A stretch of DNA of 64,000 nt from Candidatus Pacearchaeota archaeon (lineage in GTDB: Archaea; Nanobdellota; Nanobdellia; Pacearchaeales; GW2011-AR1), in NCBI GenBank assembly GCA_017609175.1, contig JAFCEJ010000003.1, positions 77,817 to 141,816 of the forward strand, read 5' to 3'. Positions within the stretch are counted from its first letter, which is position 1, and each line of letters starts with the position of its first letter. Both the position numbers and the translations under genes were made by a program. Below are positions 48,263 through 58,344 of the stretch, piece after piece. The notes under the pieces are model-generated. The model searched no databases and was not told the origin of the DNA. It saw only the letters and a program-made list of their open reading frames with translations.

Positions 48263-49720
48263 ATGAAAGTTTTCATAAGTTATCCCCCATTAAAATCCGA
48301 GAAAGGAACTGCACAAATAGGACAAAACAGGCAGTTTCAATGGTTTAGCCAGCATTCTGTCATTTATCCAATGGTTCCGGCATATGCAGCGACCCTTTTA
48401 TCCAAAAAAGGTTATGATGTTTTTTGGGATGATGCTATTGCTAAAAAAGAAAGTTATGAGAAATGGATTGGAAGAGTTTCGAGAATAAAGCCAGATGTCA
48501 TTGCAATTGAAACAAAAACGCCTGTCGTTAAAATGCACTGGAAAGTAATCGAAGACATAAAAAAGAAATCGGCAAAAACAAAAATAGTCTTAATGGGAGA
48601 CCATGTAACAGAGTTTCCAAAAGAAAGTTTAGAGAATTCTAAAACCGATTTTGTCATAACAGGGGGGGATTATGATTTTGGATTATTATCAATTTGTGAA
48701 TATTTATCAAAAAACAAAAAACTTGGGAAGGGAATATGGTATAAAAAAAAGAACAAAATAAAAAACACTGGTAAATTTGAATTATCCCATGATTTAAATG
48801 ATTTACCTTTCATTGATAGAGAGTTAACAATGTGGTATCTCTATAAAGAAAATGGAAATTACAAATATTTGCCGGGAACATACATTATTGCAGGAAGAGA
48901 CTGCTGGTGGGGAAAATGTAAATTTTGTTCATGGCCAAATCTTTTTCCAAAATATAGGACAAGAAAACCAGAACTAGTGCTTGAAGAAATTAAATTTCTT
49001 GTGGAGAAATATGGAATAAGAGAGATAATGGATGACACGGGAACATTTCCTGTCGGAGATTGGTTAAAAAAATTCTGTAAATTAATGATTAAGTCTGGAT
49101 TAAATAAAAAAGTAAGAATAAGTTGCAATATGAGATTTGGTGTTTTAAAATTAGAAGACTACAAATTAATGAGAAAAGCAGGATTTAGATTTTTATTATT
49201 TGGTTTAGAATCCGCAAACCAGGAAACCTTAGATAAAATCAACAAAGGAATAAAAGTTAAGGATATTGAAGAGGGTTGTAAATGGGCAAAACAAGCAGGA
49301 TTAAATCCGCATCTAACATGCATGATTGGTTATCCTTGGGAAAATTATGAAATGGCAAAAAGAACTATTGATTTAGCAAAAAAACTTTTTAATAAAGGTT
49401 ATGCAGACACACTTCAAGCAACAATAATAATACCATACCCAAATACTCGGTTATATAAAGAATGCTTAAAAGAAAATTTATTGGAAGTAAAACAGGGTGA
49501 ATGGGAAAAATTTGATATGAGACAAAAGATCATGAAATCTCCCCTTACAGAAGAAGAGATAAAAGAACTTGTTTCTTCATTATATAAATTAGCCTTTAAT
49601 CCTCGATTTATTTTTAAGCAATTCACCCAGATAAGAAATCTTGATGACATGAAGTATATTTTTAGGGCAGCTAAAAAAATATTGGGCAAACATTTAAAAG
49701 ATTTTTCTAATAGGAGATAA
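48263..49720 (+). CDS. B12-binding-domain radical SAM protein
   Basis: N-terminal cobalamin-binding-like domain; RDCWWGKCKFC cluster motif, DDTGTF, FGLESANQ, MIGYPWE. Confidence 0.85.
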   Translation: MKVFISYPPLKSEKGTAQIGQNRQFQWFSQHSVIYPMVPAYAATLLSKKGYDVFWDDAIAKKESYEKWIGRVSRIKPDVIAIETKTPVVKMHWKVIEDIKKKSAKTKIVLMGDHVTEFPKESLENSKTDFVITGGDYDFGLLSICEYLSKNKKLGKGIWYKKKNKIKNTGKFELSHDLNDLPFIDRELTMWYLYKENGNYKYLPGTYIIAGRDCWWGKCKFCSWPNLFPKYRTRKPELVLEEIKFLVEKYGIREIMDDTGTFPVGDWLKKFCKLMIKSGLNKKVRISCNMRFGVLKLEDYKLMRKAGFRFLLFGLESANQETLDKINKGIKVKDIEEGCKWAKQAGLNPHLTCMIGYPWENYEMAKRTIDLAKKLFNKGYADTLQATIIIPYPNTRLYKECLKENLLEVKQGEWEKFDMRQKIMKSPLTEEEIKELVSSLYKLAFNPRFIFKQFTQIRNLDDMKYIFRAAKKILGKHLKDFSNRR

Positions 49721-49721
49721 A

Positions 49722-50615
49722 ATGAAAAATCCACTAGTGTCTGTTATTATAACCACAAGAAATGAAGAAAAAAATATTGAAAACTGCTTAAAAAGCGTAA
49801 TATGCCAAACATATAAAAATATTGAAATAATTGTTGTAGATAACAATTCTAAAGATAAAACAAAAGAAATTTCTAAAAAATATACTAAAAAAGTTTTCAA
49901 TAAAGGTCCTGAAAGATCTGCACAGAGAAATTATGGAATAATTAAAAAAGCAAAGGGGAAATTTGTAATATTCCTCGATGCAGATATGATTTTATCCCCC
50001 TCTATAATAGAGAAATGTGTTGAAAAAATGGAAACTGGAAAGTATTCTGCATTACATATTCCAGAAATTGTTTTAGGAAAAGGTTTCTTTAGCTCAGTTA
50101 GAAGATTTGAAAGAAGTTTTTATAATGGAACTGTAATTGATGGGGTAAGGTTTTTGGTAAGAGAAGATTTTGTAAAAGTAGGTGGTTTTGATGAAACAAT
50201 GAGTGGTCCAGAGGATTGGGATTTGGATAAAAGAATAAAACAAATAGGAAAAATTGGTTTATTAAAAGAAAAAGAGGAAAATTTTAATGAGTGGAAATTA
50301 AAGGATTTGGTAATAAAAAAAGGATTAAAACCCGAAAAATATGGGTGTGTTATTTATCACAATGAATCTGAATTTAATTTGAAGAAATATCTTTCAAAAA
50401 AAAGATATTATTCAAAAAGTTTTGATAAATATATTAAAAAATGGGGAGAAAAAGATGAAGATATCAAAAAACAATTTGGAATTTATTATAGATTCTTAGG
50501 GGTTTTTATTGAAAGAGGCAAATGGAAAAAGCTTATTGCTCATCCAGTTTTAACATTTGGTATGTATTACTTAAGAATCCTTGTAGGGATTAATTTTTTG
50601 AAGAGAAAATTATAA
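49722..50615 (+). CDS. GT2 glycosyltransferase
   Basis: VSVIITTRNEE, VDNNSKD, FLDADM, GGFDE...EDWD. Confidence 0.92.
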   Translation: MKNPLVSVIITTRNEEKNIENCLKSVICQTYKNIEIIVVDNNSKDKTKEISKKYTKKVFNKGPERSAQRNYGIIKKAKGKFVIFLDADMILSPSIIEKCVEKMETGKYSALHIPEIVLGKGFFSSVRRFERSFYNGTVIDGVRFLVREDFVKVGGFDETMSGPEDWDLDKRIKQIGKIGLLKEKEENFNEWKLKDLVIKKGLKPEKYGCVIYHNESEFNLKKYLSKKRYYSKSFDKYIKKWGEKDEDIKKQFGIYYRFLGVFIERGKWKKLIAHPVLTFGMYYLRILVGINFLKRKL

Positions 50616-50624
50616 AAATAAAAA

Positions 50625-51321
50625 ATGGAAGAAGAAAATTTTTCAAAAAAGAATATCTTATATTACCACGAAGATTTTTCCCAATTACTGTTACAGTATT
50701 TATTCTTAAAGAACCCCAAATCTTTTTTGGACGTTGGGGGGGGACGGAGGATTAGTCTATTTCCTAAATAAAAAAGGCTATCTTAAAAACATGGAGGTAT
50801 ATGTAATAGACATCTCTAAACATAGGATCAAACAAATTAAAAGAATAAATCCTTTATTTAAATGCTTTATTAATAATGCCATGGAAATGAAAAACATACA
50901 AACGGGTTCGATAGATTTTTTAGTATCTACACAAGTAATTGAACATGTTAAAGATGACAAAAAGATGGTAAAAGAAATTTCAAGAGTCTTAAAGAAAGAT
51001 GGTATTGCATATATTTCAACTATTTTTAAAAAAAGATATGGATGGTATTTTTACAAAAAAGATGGTAAATGGAGATTACATCCAGAACATGTAAGAGAGT
51101 ATACTTCAGACGACCAACTAATAAATATTTTAAAAGAAGAAAATTTTCAAATTATAGAAAATAAGAAGAATATGCTTTGGTTTCCAATAATAGAGCCGAT
51201 TTTTAGAATATTGAAAGTAAGAAGAGATATTTTTGAAATTAAATTTTTTAGTAAATTAAGAATTTTTAAGATACCGATAATTGGCTATTATGAATGGGAA
51301 TTAGTTATAAAGAAAAAATGA
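50625..51321 (+). pseudogene. Class I SAM-dependent methyltransferase, frameshifted at a G8 tract
   Basis: ATG 50625 frame gives ...KSFLDVGG then stops at 50769-50771; the +1 frame continues GDGGL...VIDIS...TQVIEHV...RVLKKDG to 51321. Confidence 0.85.
50736..50743 (+). repeat. G8 homopolymer at the frameshift site
   Basis: gacgttGGGGGGGGacgga; the longest G/C run noticed in the window. Confidence 0.85.
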
Positions 51322-51992
51322 AATTTAAAACATCAATAGAACAAAGATTAACTGGAAGGCACAAAGCCTGTTTACTAATAGCAGATTTTAGAAATAAAAG
51401 AATTCTCGATATTGGGTGTGGTTATGGGTGGTTTGAGAAAAAAATAGGGAAAAAATCAAAAGAGATTGTTGGAATTGATTTAAATAAAAAAGATCTGGAA
51501 ATTGCAAAGAGTGAATGTAAAGAAAAGAATTGTTATTTTGAAAGAGGCTCTGCATTAAATTTAAAGAAATTTAAGAAAGATTATTTTGACATAGTTGTAA
51601 TGTTTGATGTAATTGAACATATTCCAAAAAATACTGAAAAAAATGCTTTAAGAGAGATAAAAAAGGTTTTGAAAAAAAGGGGGACTTTGATTATCACCAC
51701 TCCTGCAAATAATTTCTCAAAATTTTTTGACCCGGCATGGTATTTTGGGCATCGGCATTATCACATAAAAAAATTAAAAAAAATGCTCGAAAGTGAGGGA
51801 TTTGTCGTCGATAAAATAGGAATAAAAGGAGGGTTTTGGGAGTTACTTAGCATGACCTTATTTTACCCTTGCAAATGGATTTTTAATTCAGAAATCCCTT
51901 GCAAAAAATGGTTTGATAAAAAAAGAGATGAAGAATATTTAAAAAAGAAAAAAGGGTTTATGACAATATTTATTGTAGGATACAAAAAATAA
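51318..51992 (+). CDS. Class I SAM-dependent methyltransferase
   Basis: ILDIGCGYG, FDVIEHI, VLKKRG.LIITTP; ATGA overlap with the upstream stop. Confidence 0.92.
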   Translation: MKFKTSIEQRLTGRHKACLLIADFRNKRILDIGCGYGWFEKKIGKKSKEIVGIDLNKKDLEIAKSECKEKNCYFERGSALNLKKFKKDYFDIVVMFDVIEHIPKNTEKNALREIKKVLKKRGTLIITTPANNFSKFFDPAWYFGHRHYHIKKLKKMLESEGFVVDKIGIKGGFWELLSMTLFYPCKWIFNSEIPCKKWFDKKRDEEYLKKKKGFMTIFIVGYKK

Positions 51993-53678
51993 TCATCTTT
52001 TTCGACTTACCAAAAAATTTCCTATCGCTAAATAATCCAGGTTTGTCCCAAGAAAACAATTAATAGCATCCCTCGGAGAATTAACAATCGGTTCTCCTTT
52101 TCTATTGAAACTTGTATTTAAAATTACAGGAATTCCTGTTTCTGACTCAAAAGATTTTATCAATTTCCAATATTTCTCATTAACATCTTTCCTAACTGTT
52201 TGTGGCCTTGTTGTTCCATCTACATGAACCACTGCAGGGATTTCTTTAATTTTTTGTTTGGGAACATCAAAAGAAAGGTTCATAAAAGGAGCATAACAAT
52301 CGTTTATTAAATATTCTTTTCTTGCTTCATCTAACATTGAGGGGCAAAAAGGCCTCCACTCTTCTCTAAACTTTACTGCAATATTAACCCTATCACGAAA
52401 TTTAACATGTCTAGAATCTGCTAAGATGGATCTTGCGCCCAAGGCTCTTGGACCAATTTCTGCCCTACCCTGAAACCACCCAATAACTTTCCCTTTTGTT
52501 AATAGTTCCCCGCATATGCCCGAAATATCATCATATTCACGATATTTTATTTTTTTGTTTTCTTTTATTGTCTTATCTAATTCTTTTTTTAATTCTTCGT
52601 TTGTAAATCCAATTCCAAAATAAACATGTTTCATTTTTTTGAATTTTATCTTGGGTTTTAACTCTTTCTGAATCTGTAATGCAGAACCTAAGGCTAAACC
52701 CCCATCACCACAATGAGGAAAGGGTATAAAATTTATTTCTTCAAAATTATCTCTTATCCTCTTATTTAGTTTTACATTAAGGAAACATCCTCCTGCACCA
52801 ACTAAATTCATATTTCTTGTTTTATTGAGAACATTTGATAACCATTTTAAAATTTGGTCTTCAAAAACTTTCTGTCCTGCTGCAGCAGTATTTTTACTCC
52901 CATATTTATAACTTAAGAATCTAAAATATGCTGCTTCTGCTACAGATCCTCTTAATTGATTATTTATCCACCCCCCGTATAAATTCCAATATCTTCCACT
53001 AAACCCAAGCCCTTTTGCTTTCGGAACAAGTTTATATGCCTCTTTGCTTGCAAATTTTGGATCCCCATATGCTGCTAAGCCCATTACTTTATATTCATCA
53101 TTATAGATAGAGAATCCCAACCCATCTGTAAGAGCTTCATAATAATGGCCCATTGAACCGCTTTCATAAATATTTTTGATTCTCTTTATTCCCTTAGATA
53201 CCGAGTAGTTAACACTTCCAGATAGGCCATTTCCAATACCATCCAATGTAACTATTGTTGCTTTATCAAAACCAGACGTATAAAAAGCTGAAGCGGCATG
53301 AGCCAAATGGTGTTCTACTCCGAGTATTTTTTTTGATTTTACAAAGTGATTAATTTTTGAATAGATATTTCCCTTACCCGCTTCTTTCTTTAAAAGCATT
53401 TTAATCAATTTTAAAATATATTCTGGCCTTCCAATGTTGTCAAAGGCGGTAGCAATCATCCTTCCAATACCATATTTAGAAGGGATTGCAATATAATCAA
53501 CATCCTCTAAAGAAATTCCTTCAAAATCAAGAACAAATTTTGTTGATAATTCTGGAAAATCCATGCCCCAATGTTTTATCCGAGTAAACCGTTCTTCATC
53601 TGCAGCAGCAACTATTTTGCCATCTTTTATTAAAGCGGCTCCTGCATCATGATGGGTATGTAAACCAAGAATGTACAT
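51993..53678 (-). CDS. O-carbamoyltransferase (NodU/CmcH/TobZ family)
   Basis: HDAGAAL...EERFTRIKH, HHLAHA, EYKVMGLA, GPRALGARS, REEWRPF, LNTSFN..GEPI. Confidence 0.95.
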   Translation of the reverse strand: MYILGLHTHHDAGAALIKDGKIVAAADEERFTRIKHWGMDFPELSTKFVLDFEGISLEDVDYIAIPSKYGIGRMIATAFDNIGRPEYILKLIKMLLKKEAGKGNIYSKINHFVKSKKILGVEHHLAHAASAFYTSGFDKATIVTLDGIGNGLSGSVNYSVSKGIKRIKNIYESGSMGHYYEALTDGLGFSIYNDEYKVMGLAAYGDPKFASKEAYKLVPKAKGLGFSGRYWNLYGGWINNQLRGSVAEAAYFRFLSYKYGSKNTAAAGQKVFEDQILKWLSNVLNKTRNMNLVGAGGCFLNVKLNKRIRDNFEEINFIPFPHCGDGGLALGSALQIQKELKPKIKFKKMKHVYFGIGFTNEELKKELDKTIKENKKIKYREYDDISGICGELLTKGKVIGWFQGRAEIGPRALGARSILADSRHVKFRDRVNIAVKFREEWRPFCPSMLDEARKEYLINDCYAPFMNLSFDVPKQKIKEIPAVVHVDGTTRPQTVRKDVNEKYWKLIKSFESETGIPVILNTSFNRKGEPIVNSPRDAINCFLGTNLDYLAIGNFLVSRKR

Positions 53679-53725
53679 ATTAATTACTTTCAATCCTTAT
53701 TTTTAAATTTGTATATTCTAAAAAA

Positions 53726-55273
53726 CTAGTTATTAAATTTATAGATTATAAGTGTTGGTTGCCCATTCCTATAAAATGCTTTTACAAAAGTCAAATTATG
53801 CTGTTGAGGGTAAGTATAAGCCCATTGAGGGGTAAATGCAGGTTCAAATCCATGTATAATAAAATAATGAGGCTTAATTTTTTGAATTTTTTTATCAAAA
53901 AGGGTTTTATTATGGACCCCATTAGGATCTGTTTCATTTCTAACATAAAAATCATAACAACTTCTTTCAGAGTAATATTGCATTTGGACGATTGAAGCAG
54001 TTATAATTTTTGCATCCTTTGGGGTACTTTGTTTTAACCATAAACCTGCATCTTTTAATTCCTGGTAACTTCCAAATTTAGCATCAATAAAATTATTAGA
54101 GGATTTTATCTGAAAAAAAGAAAGAATTACAATAAAAAGAATAATAAATAAAAGAGTTGAGGTTTTTTTATTAAAAAAAGAAGATAATTTTGTTAGAAGA
54201 TAATTAACTCCATATGCAGAAGTTACACTAATAGTTGGAAATAAAATTAAAAGATATCTTGCATCAATATTTTTTATTCCAAAAATAAAATAAGAGACGG
54301 GAATTAATAAATTTAAGAAGATAAAAAGCAAATGATTTCTAGATTTATTTTTTTGTAGAAAAATTAAATCAATATAAAAGAATAACTGCAGAATCAAAAT
54401 AAATCCGATGATGAAAAAGATTATTAAAAAATTATTCAATAAAAGAGGAAGATGAAAAGTGAGGACATTCCATCCAAAAGGGCTTTGTTTAACAGTGGGA
54501 TTTGAACCATGATAAAAACCTAGTGCCGGAAAAATATTTCCGAAATGAGATTGATTAAATAAAAAGAAAGGACTTAAAAAAAGAAGACCCAAGATTATTG
54601 CGATATAAAATTGCTTTTTTCTAAATAAAGACATTCTTTCGGTAATCAACATGTATGTTGCTATGGAAATTAAAATTAAAGCTCCAGTATATCTTGCAAG
54701 AAAAGATAAAATTCCAAAAAAGACTGCAAAATAAAGTCCAAAATTTTTTTGTTTTCCTTCATAATAAATCAAAAAGAAGAAAATAGCTAAGGTTCCAAAA
54801 AAAGTGCTTGGAATATCTGTTAAAAGCCTAAATGAATAAAACACCCAAACCCAATTAAAGGAGAAAATAGAAGTTGAAATTATTGCTATTTTTTTATTAA
54901 AAAGATACTCAGATATTCGGTAAACCAAATAACAAGTTAATATTGACGGGATAAGAAGTGTAAAAAACCGGATTGCTGTTTCACCTAATCCTATTTTAAA
55001 AAATAAACTCCATATAAAAGGGATGAATAATGGTCGCATTAAGATAAAATGTTCCCACCATTCTGGTATTGGTTGATTCAGCCCCCAAACTTTTGCTATA
55101 GCTAAATAATCTCCTTCATCCCACCAAATTGGCTGGTTTCCAAGCTTAAAAAAATAGTAAAGATAAACGAAAATTACAGCAATTCCAAGAAAAACAGATA
55201 TTTGATTATATGGGTCCTTAAGCCAATTTTTTATTTTCTCTTTTTTTTCAAGAATTTTTTCTTCAGATTCCAT
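53726..55273 (-). CDS. GT-C fold (ArnT/PMT, GT39/83-like) membrane glycosyltransferase
   Basis: WWDEGDY loop, RP, LLTDIP, RYLL; multi-TM. Confidence 0.85.
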   Translation of the reverse strand: MESEEKILEKKEKIKNWLKDPYNQISVFLGIAVIFVYLYYFFKLGNQPIWWDEGDYLAIAKVWGLNQPIPEWWEHFILMRPLFIPFIWSLFFKIGLGETAIRFFTLLIPSILTCYLVYRISEYLFNKKIAIISTSIFSFNWVWVFYSFRLLTDIPSTFFGTLAIFFFLIYYEGKQKNFGLYFAVFFGILSFLARYTGALILISIATYMLITERMSLFRKKQFYIAIILGLLFLSPFFLFNQSHFGNIFPALGFYHGSNPTVKQSPFGWNVLTFHLPLLLNNFLIIFFIIGFILILQLFFYIDLIFLQKNKSRNHLLFIFLNLLIPVSYFIFGIKNIDARYLLILFPTISVTSAYGVNYLLTKLSSFFNKKTSTLLFIILFIVILSFFQIKSSNNFIDAKFGSYQELKDAGLWLKQSTPKDAKIITASIVQMQYYSERSCYDFYVRNETDPNGVHNKTLFDKKIQKIKPHYFIIHGFEPAFTPQWAYTYPQQHNLTFVKAFYRNGQPTLIIYKFNN

Positions 55274-55299
55274 AATATTAAATAATTTTTAGGTTTTTA

Positions 55300-56172
55300 T
55301 TATTTTGTACTTTCAATTCTTATCCAGATTTTTTTAAATTTCTTTTTTTTCAAATTTATATCCTTAAAAATCAAAAACCACAAATAAACCCTAATTAAAA
55401 TAAGTTCTATTGTCCAAAGAAATTCTTTTATTGTTTTTGGGTAGGACAAAACTTGTAAAATTCCGAGAGACTCTTTTGAAAAAGAACGCATCTCTTTCTT
55501 AGTCCATTTTTTTATTTGGTTATATCCTCCAGCAGAACGTCTTTTTTGATTAATCCAATCCCTAAGAGTTGTTGGAAATTTAACATAAACTTTTGCTTCT
55601 GGGGAATAATCTATTAAATATCCTTTTGAGTAAATCATATGGGAGATTAATCCGTCATCAGAGAGGGTTTCTTCTGGAATCCTTTTAATTATATTTCTTA
55701 TTGCATAAAGATAACCCGAACAATAAAATCTTTTTTTAATTTTTATTGCTTTTTTTCTCCTTTTATCAGCTATATCTGTAAGTAGATGTGACCAATATCC
55801 TAATTTGGTATTCCTATTATTTATAGAAATGGGCCTTCCTGAAACAGCACCAATTTTTTTGTTTTTGAATGGTTTTAATAAATATCTGAGAGCATTTTTA
55901 TCTATAAATACATCTCCGTCAGAAAGAATTAAAATTTCTCCTTTTGCTTTTTTAAAGGCGAGATTTAATGCAGAAGGTTTTCCTTGTCCAGAGTCTTTAA
56001 GTGTTTTAATTTTTGGGTTTTTTTTAGAATATTTTTTTACAATATCTAAGGTTTCTTTATCTGGTGCCAAGACTAAAATTTCATAATCTTTTAAATTATT
56101 TGATAAAAAAGAATCTATTGCCCTACCAATTGTTTTTGATTCCTTATATGCTGTTATTATTATGCTTATCAT
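55300..56172 (-). CDS. GT2 glycosyltransferase
   Basis: ISIIITAYKE, GKPSALN, SDGD, SDD, QKRR. Confidence 0.9.
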   Translation of the reverse strand: MISIIITAYKESKTIGRAIDSFLSNNLKDYEILVLAPDKETLDIVKKYSKKNPKIKTLKDSGQGKPSALNLAFKKAKGEILILSDGDVFIDKNALRYLLKPFKNKKIGAVSGRPISINNRNTKLGYWSHLLTDIADKRRKKAIKIKKRFYCSGYLYAIRNIIKRIPEETLSDDGLISHMIYSKGYLIDYSPEAKVYVKFPTTLRDWINQKRRSAGGYNQIKKWTKKEMRSFSKESLGILQVLSYPKTIKEFLWTIELILIRVYLWFLIFKDINLKKKKFKKIWIRIESTK

Positions 56173-57272
56173 TTTAATAAATTAATCAATTTTACAGAAA
56201 GTTTACTCCATTTAAAGATTTCTACACTTTTCCTTGCATTTTTTTGGATTTTAACTAATTCTTTATTTGATAAAGAAAATACATAGTCCAGAGTTTTTTT
56301 AAAATCATTCTTATCTCCAACCTTAAACAAAAATCCATTTTCTTTATTTTTAATTATTTCTTTTGCTCCAAGAGTATTAGAAGAAATCACAATTTTCCCT
56401 AAAGCCATTGCTTCAATTAATGCTTGGGGCATAGCTTCTCTTTTACTTGGAAGAACAAAAATATCTGCTTCCTGTAATTTTTTTATCTTTTTGTCTAAAT
56501 CATAGATAGGATTTAAAAATTTAATTTTTCCTGAAGAATATTTTTTTATTTTTTCGTACCCGTTTTCGATAGGACCGATAATTTCAAAAAAAAGATTTTT
56601 TTCATAGTGATTAATTATTTCAATAGGAATTTCAAGATTTTTTATTGGAGCAATTCGTCCTAAAAAAAGGATTTTCCTATTATGAGGGGGTTTAATCGTT
56701 TGTTTAAAAAATTTATCTGGAATCCCATTTGGAATGTATTCTATCTTTTCTTTTAAAGCTCCTAATTTTTTAAGATGTTGTTGTTCCCATTTTGTAATTG
56801 AAATTATTTTTGTAAATTGATTAATTTTTGGTTTTACTTTAAAGAAATAATAGGTTTTTGTCAATATTGAGAGAATAGAATTTCTCTTTACTTCGAAAGG
56901 AGCATGGGGAACAATATAACAAGGAATTTTTAATTTTTGGCATATTTTAAGAACCTTGAAAGAATGGGGATGAAAGAGATGAGTAATTACCCTACTCGGT
57001 TTTAATTTGATAAGTTCTTTTTCAAAATCAAAATAGATTACATTTCTAGAAATAAATTTGCTTATAAAATCCTGGCGTGATTTAAATCTCCTAATTTTTA
57101 TTTCCCCAACGACTTCTTTTTCTTTAGCAATTTTGTTTGTTCCTTTTTCAATATTAGAAGAAAAAACATAGACATCGTGCCCTTTTCTTGCAAGTTGCTC
57201 TGCTTCTTGTTTTACCCTTATCCAAACTCCGCAAATACCTGCTGAAAAGGGGCATAGTTCAAGGATTTTCAT
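56169..57272 (-). CDS. GT4 glycosyltransferase
   Basis: IPNGI, LFLGRIAPIKN, FVLPSKREAMPQALIEAMALG. Confidence 0.93.
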   Translation of the reverse strand: MKILELCPFSAGICGVWIRVKQEAEQLARKGHDVYVFSSNIEKGTNKIAKEKEVVGEIKIRRFKSRQDFISKFISRNVIYFDFEKELIKLKPSRVITHLFHPHSFKVLKICQKLKIPCYIVPHAPFEVKRNSILSILTKTYYFFKVKPKINQFTKIISITKWEQQHLKKLGALKEKIEYIPNGIPDKFFKQTIKPPHNRKILFLGRIAPIKNLEIPIEIINHYEKNLFFEIIGPIENGYEKIKKYSSGKIKFLNPIYDLDKKIKKLQEADIFVLPSKREAMPQALIEAMALGKIVISSNTLGAKEIIKNKENGFLFKVGDKNDFKKTLDYVFSLSNKELVKIQKNARKSVEIFKWSKLSVKLINLLK

Positions 57273-57306
57273 TATATTTATAAAAGTGGGTGGGATTTTA
57301 AATTTA

Positions 57307-58344
57307 ATGAATCTAAAACATTTAATAAAAGAAGCAAAATATTATAAAAAATTAGATGGAAATTTAAGAAGAATAGGGATAAAATTTATTTTAGCTAAGA
57401 CCCCTTTAAAAAAGTGGGTAAATAGCACAAGTTATATTCTTATTTATAAGAAAAGAATAAAAAAACTATCTAAAAAAATAAGACCAAAATTCCTACAAAT
57501 AGAAAACACCAATATCTGTAATGCTAGGTGTATTATGTGTCCGCATACTTCTATGAAAAGAAAACAAAAAATAATGGACCAAAAAAAGTTTGAAAAAACA
57601 ATTAAGAGAGTCCTTAAAGATTATCCCTCAATAAAAACAATTATAATTACAGGATTTGGAGAACCATTAATAGATAAAGAAATAGTAAAAAAAATAAAAT
57701 TCATAAACAGATTATATCCCAAATTACAAATTGATATTTACACTAATGCTTCTTTATTAGATAAAAAAATAGCTGAAGAACTATTAAAAACAAAATTACA
57801 TAAAATAAATTTTAGTATAAATGGAACAAAGAAAACTTACAAAAAAATGATGGGGCTTAATTACAATAAAACAGTAAAAAATGTTTTAAATTTTATTAAG
57901 AGAAGAAAAGAACTAAAAAAGAAGTGGCCTCTTGTCAACATTTCCCTAATGATTTTAAAGGAAAATGAAAAAGATGTAGAAGAATTTCAAAAATTTTGGA
58001 TAAACAAGGCAGATTCAGTAATGATTTATCCTCCTTCCAACTGGGCGGGAAAACAAAAAATAAACTTTGCTGTTCAAACACCCTTTAAAATAAAAAGATG
58101 GGCATGCAATGCTTTGTGGCAGTACATCACAATAGACGTTGAAGGGAATTTAATAATGTGTTGTAGGGACTATGAATCTAAGATTAAATTAGGAAATATA
58201 TTAAACAAAAATGCTAAAGAAATATTTGAAGGGAAAAAAATAAATGATATACGAAAAAGACAATTAGAAGGAGATTTTTCAATGCCAATATGCAATAGGT
58301 GTGATAATTCATTTGATTCGAGTTTAGGATGGTGGGTAAAATGA
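57307..58344 (+). CDS. Radical SAM / SPASM(twitch)-domain protein
   Basis: CNARCIMC, GFGEP, C-terminal C..LW...G...CC.D...C..C. Confidence 0.9.
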   Translation: MNLKHLIKEAKYYKKLDGNLRRIGIKFILAKTPLKKWVNSTSYILIYKKRIKKLSKKIRPKFLQIENTNICNARCIMCPHTSMKRKQKIMDQKKFEKTIKRVLKDYPSIKTIIITGFGEPLIDKEIVKKIKFINRLYPKLQIDIYTNASLLDKKIAEELLKTKLHKINFSINGTKKTYKKMMGLNYNKTVKNVLNFIKRRKELKKKWPLVNISLMILKENEKDVEEFQKFWINKADSVMIYPPSNWAGKQKINFAVQTPFKIKRWACNALWQYITIDVEGNLIMCCRDYESKIKLGNILNKNAKEIFEGKKINDIRKRQLEGDFSMPICNRCDNSFDSSLGWWVK

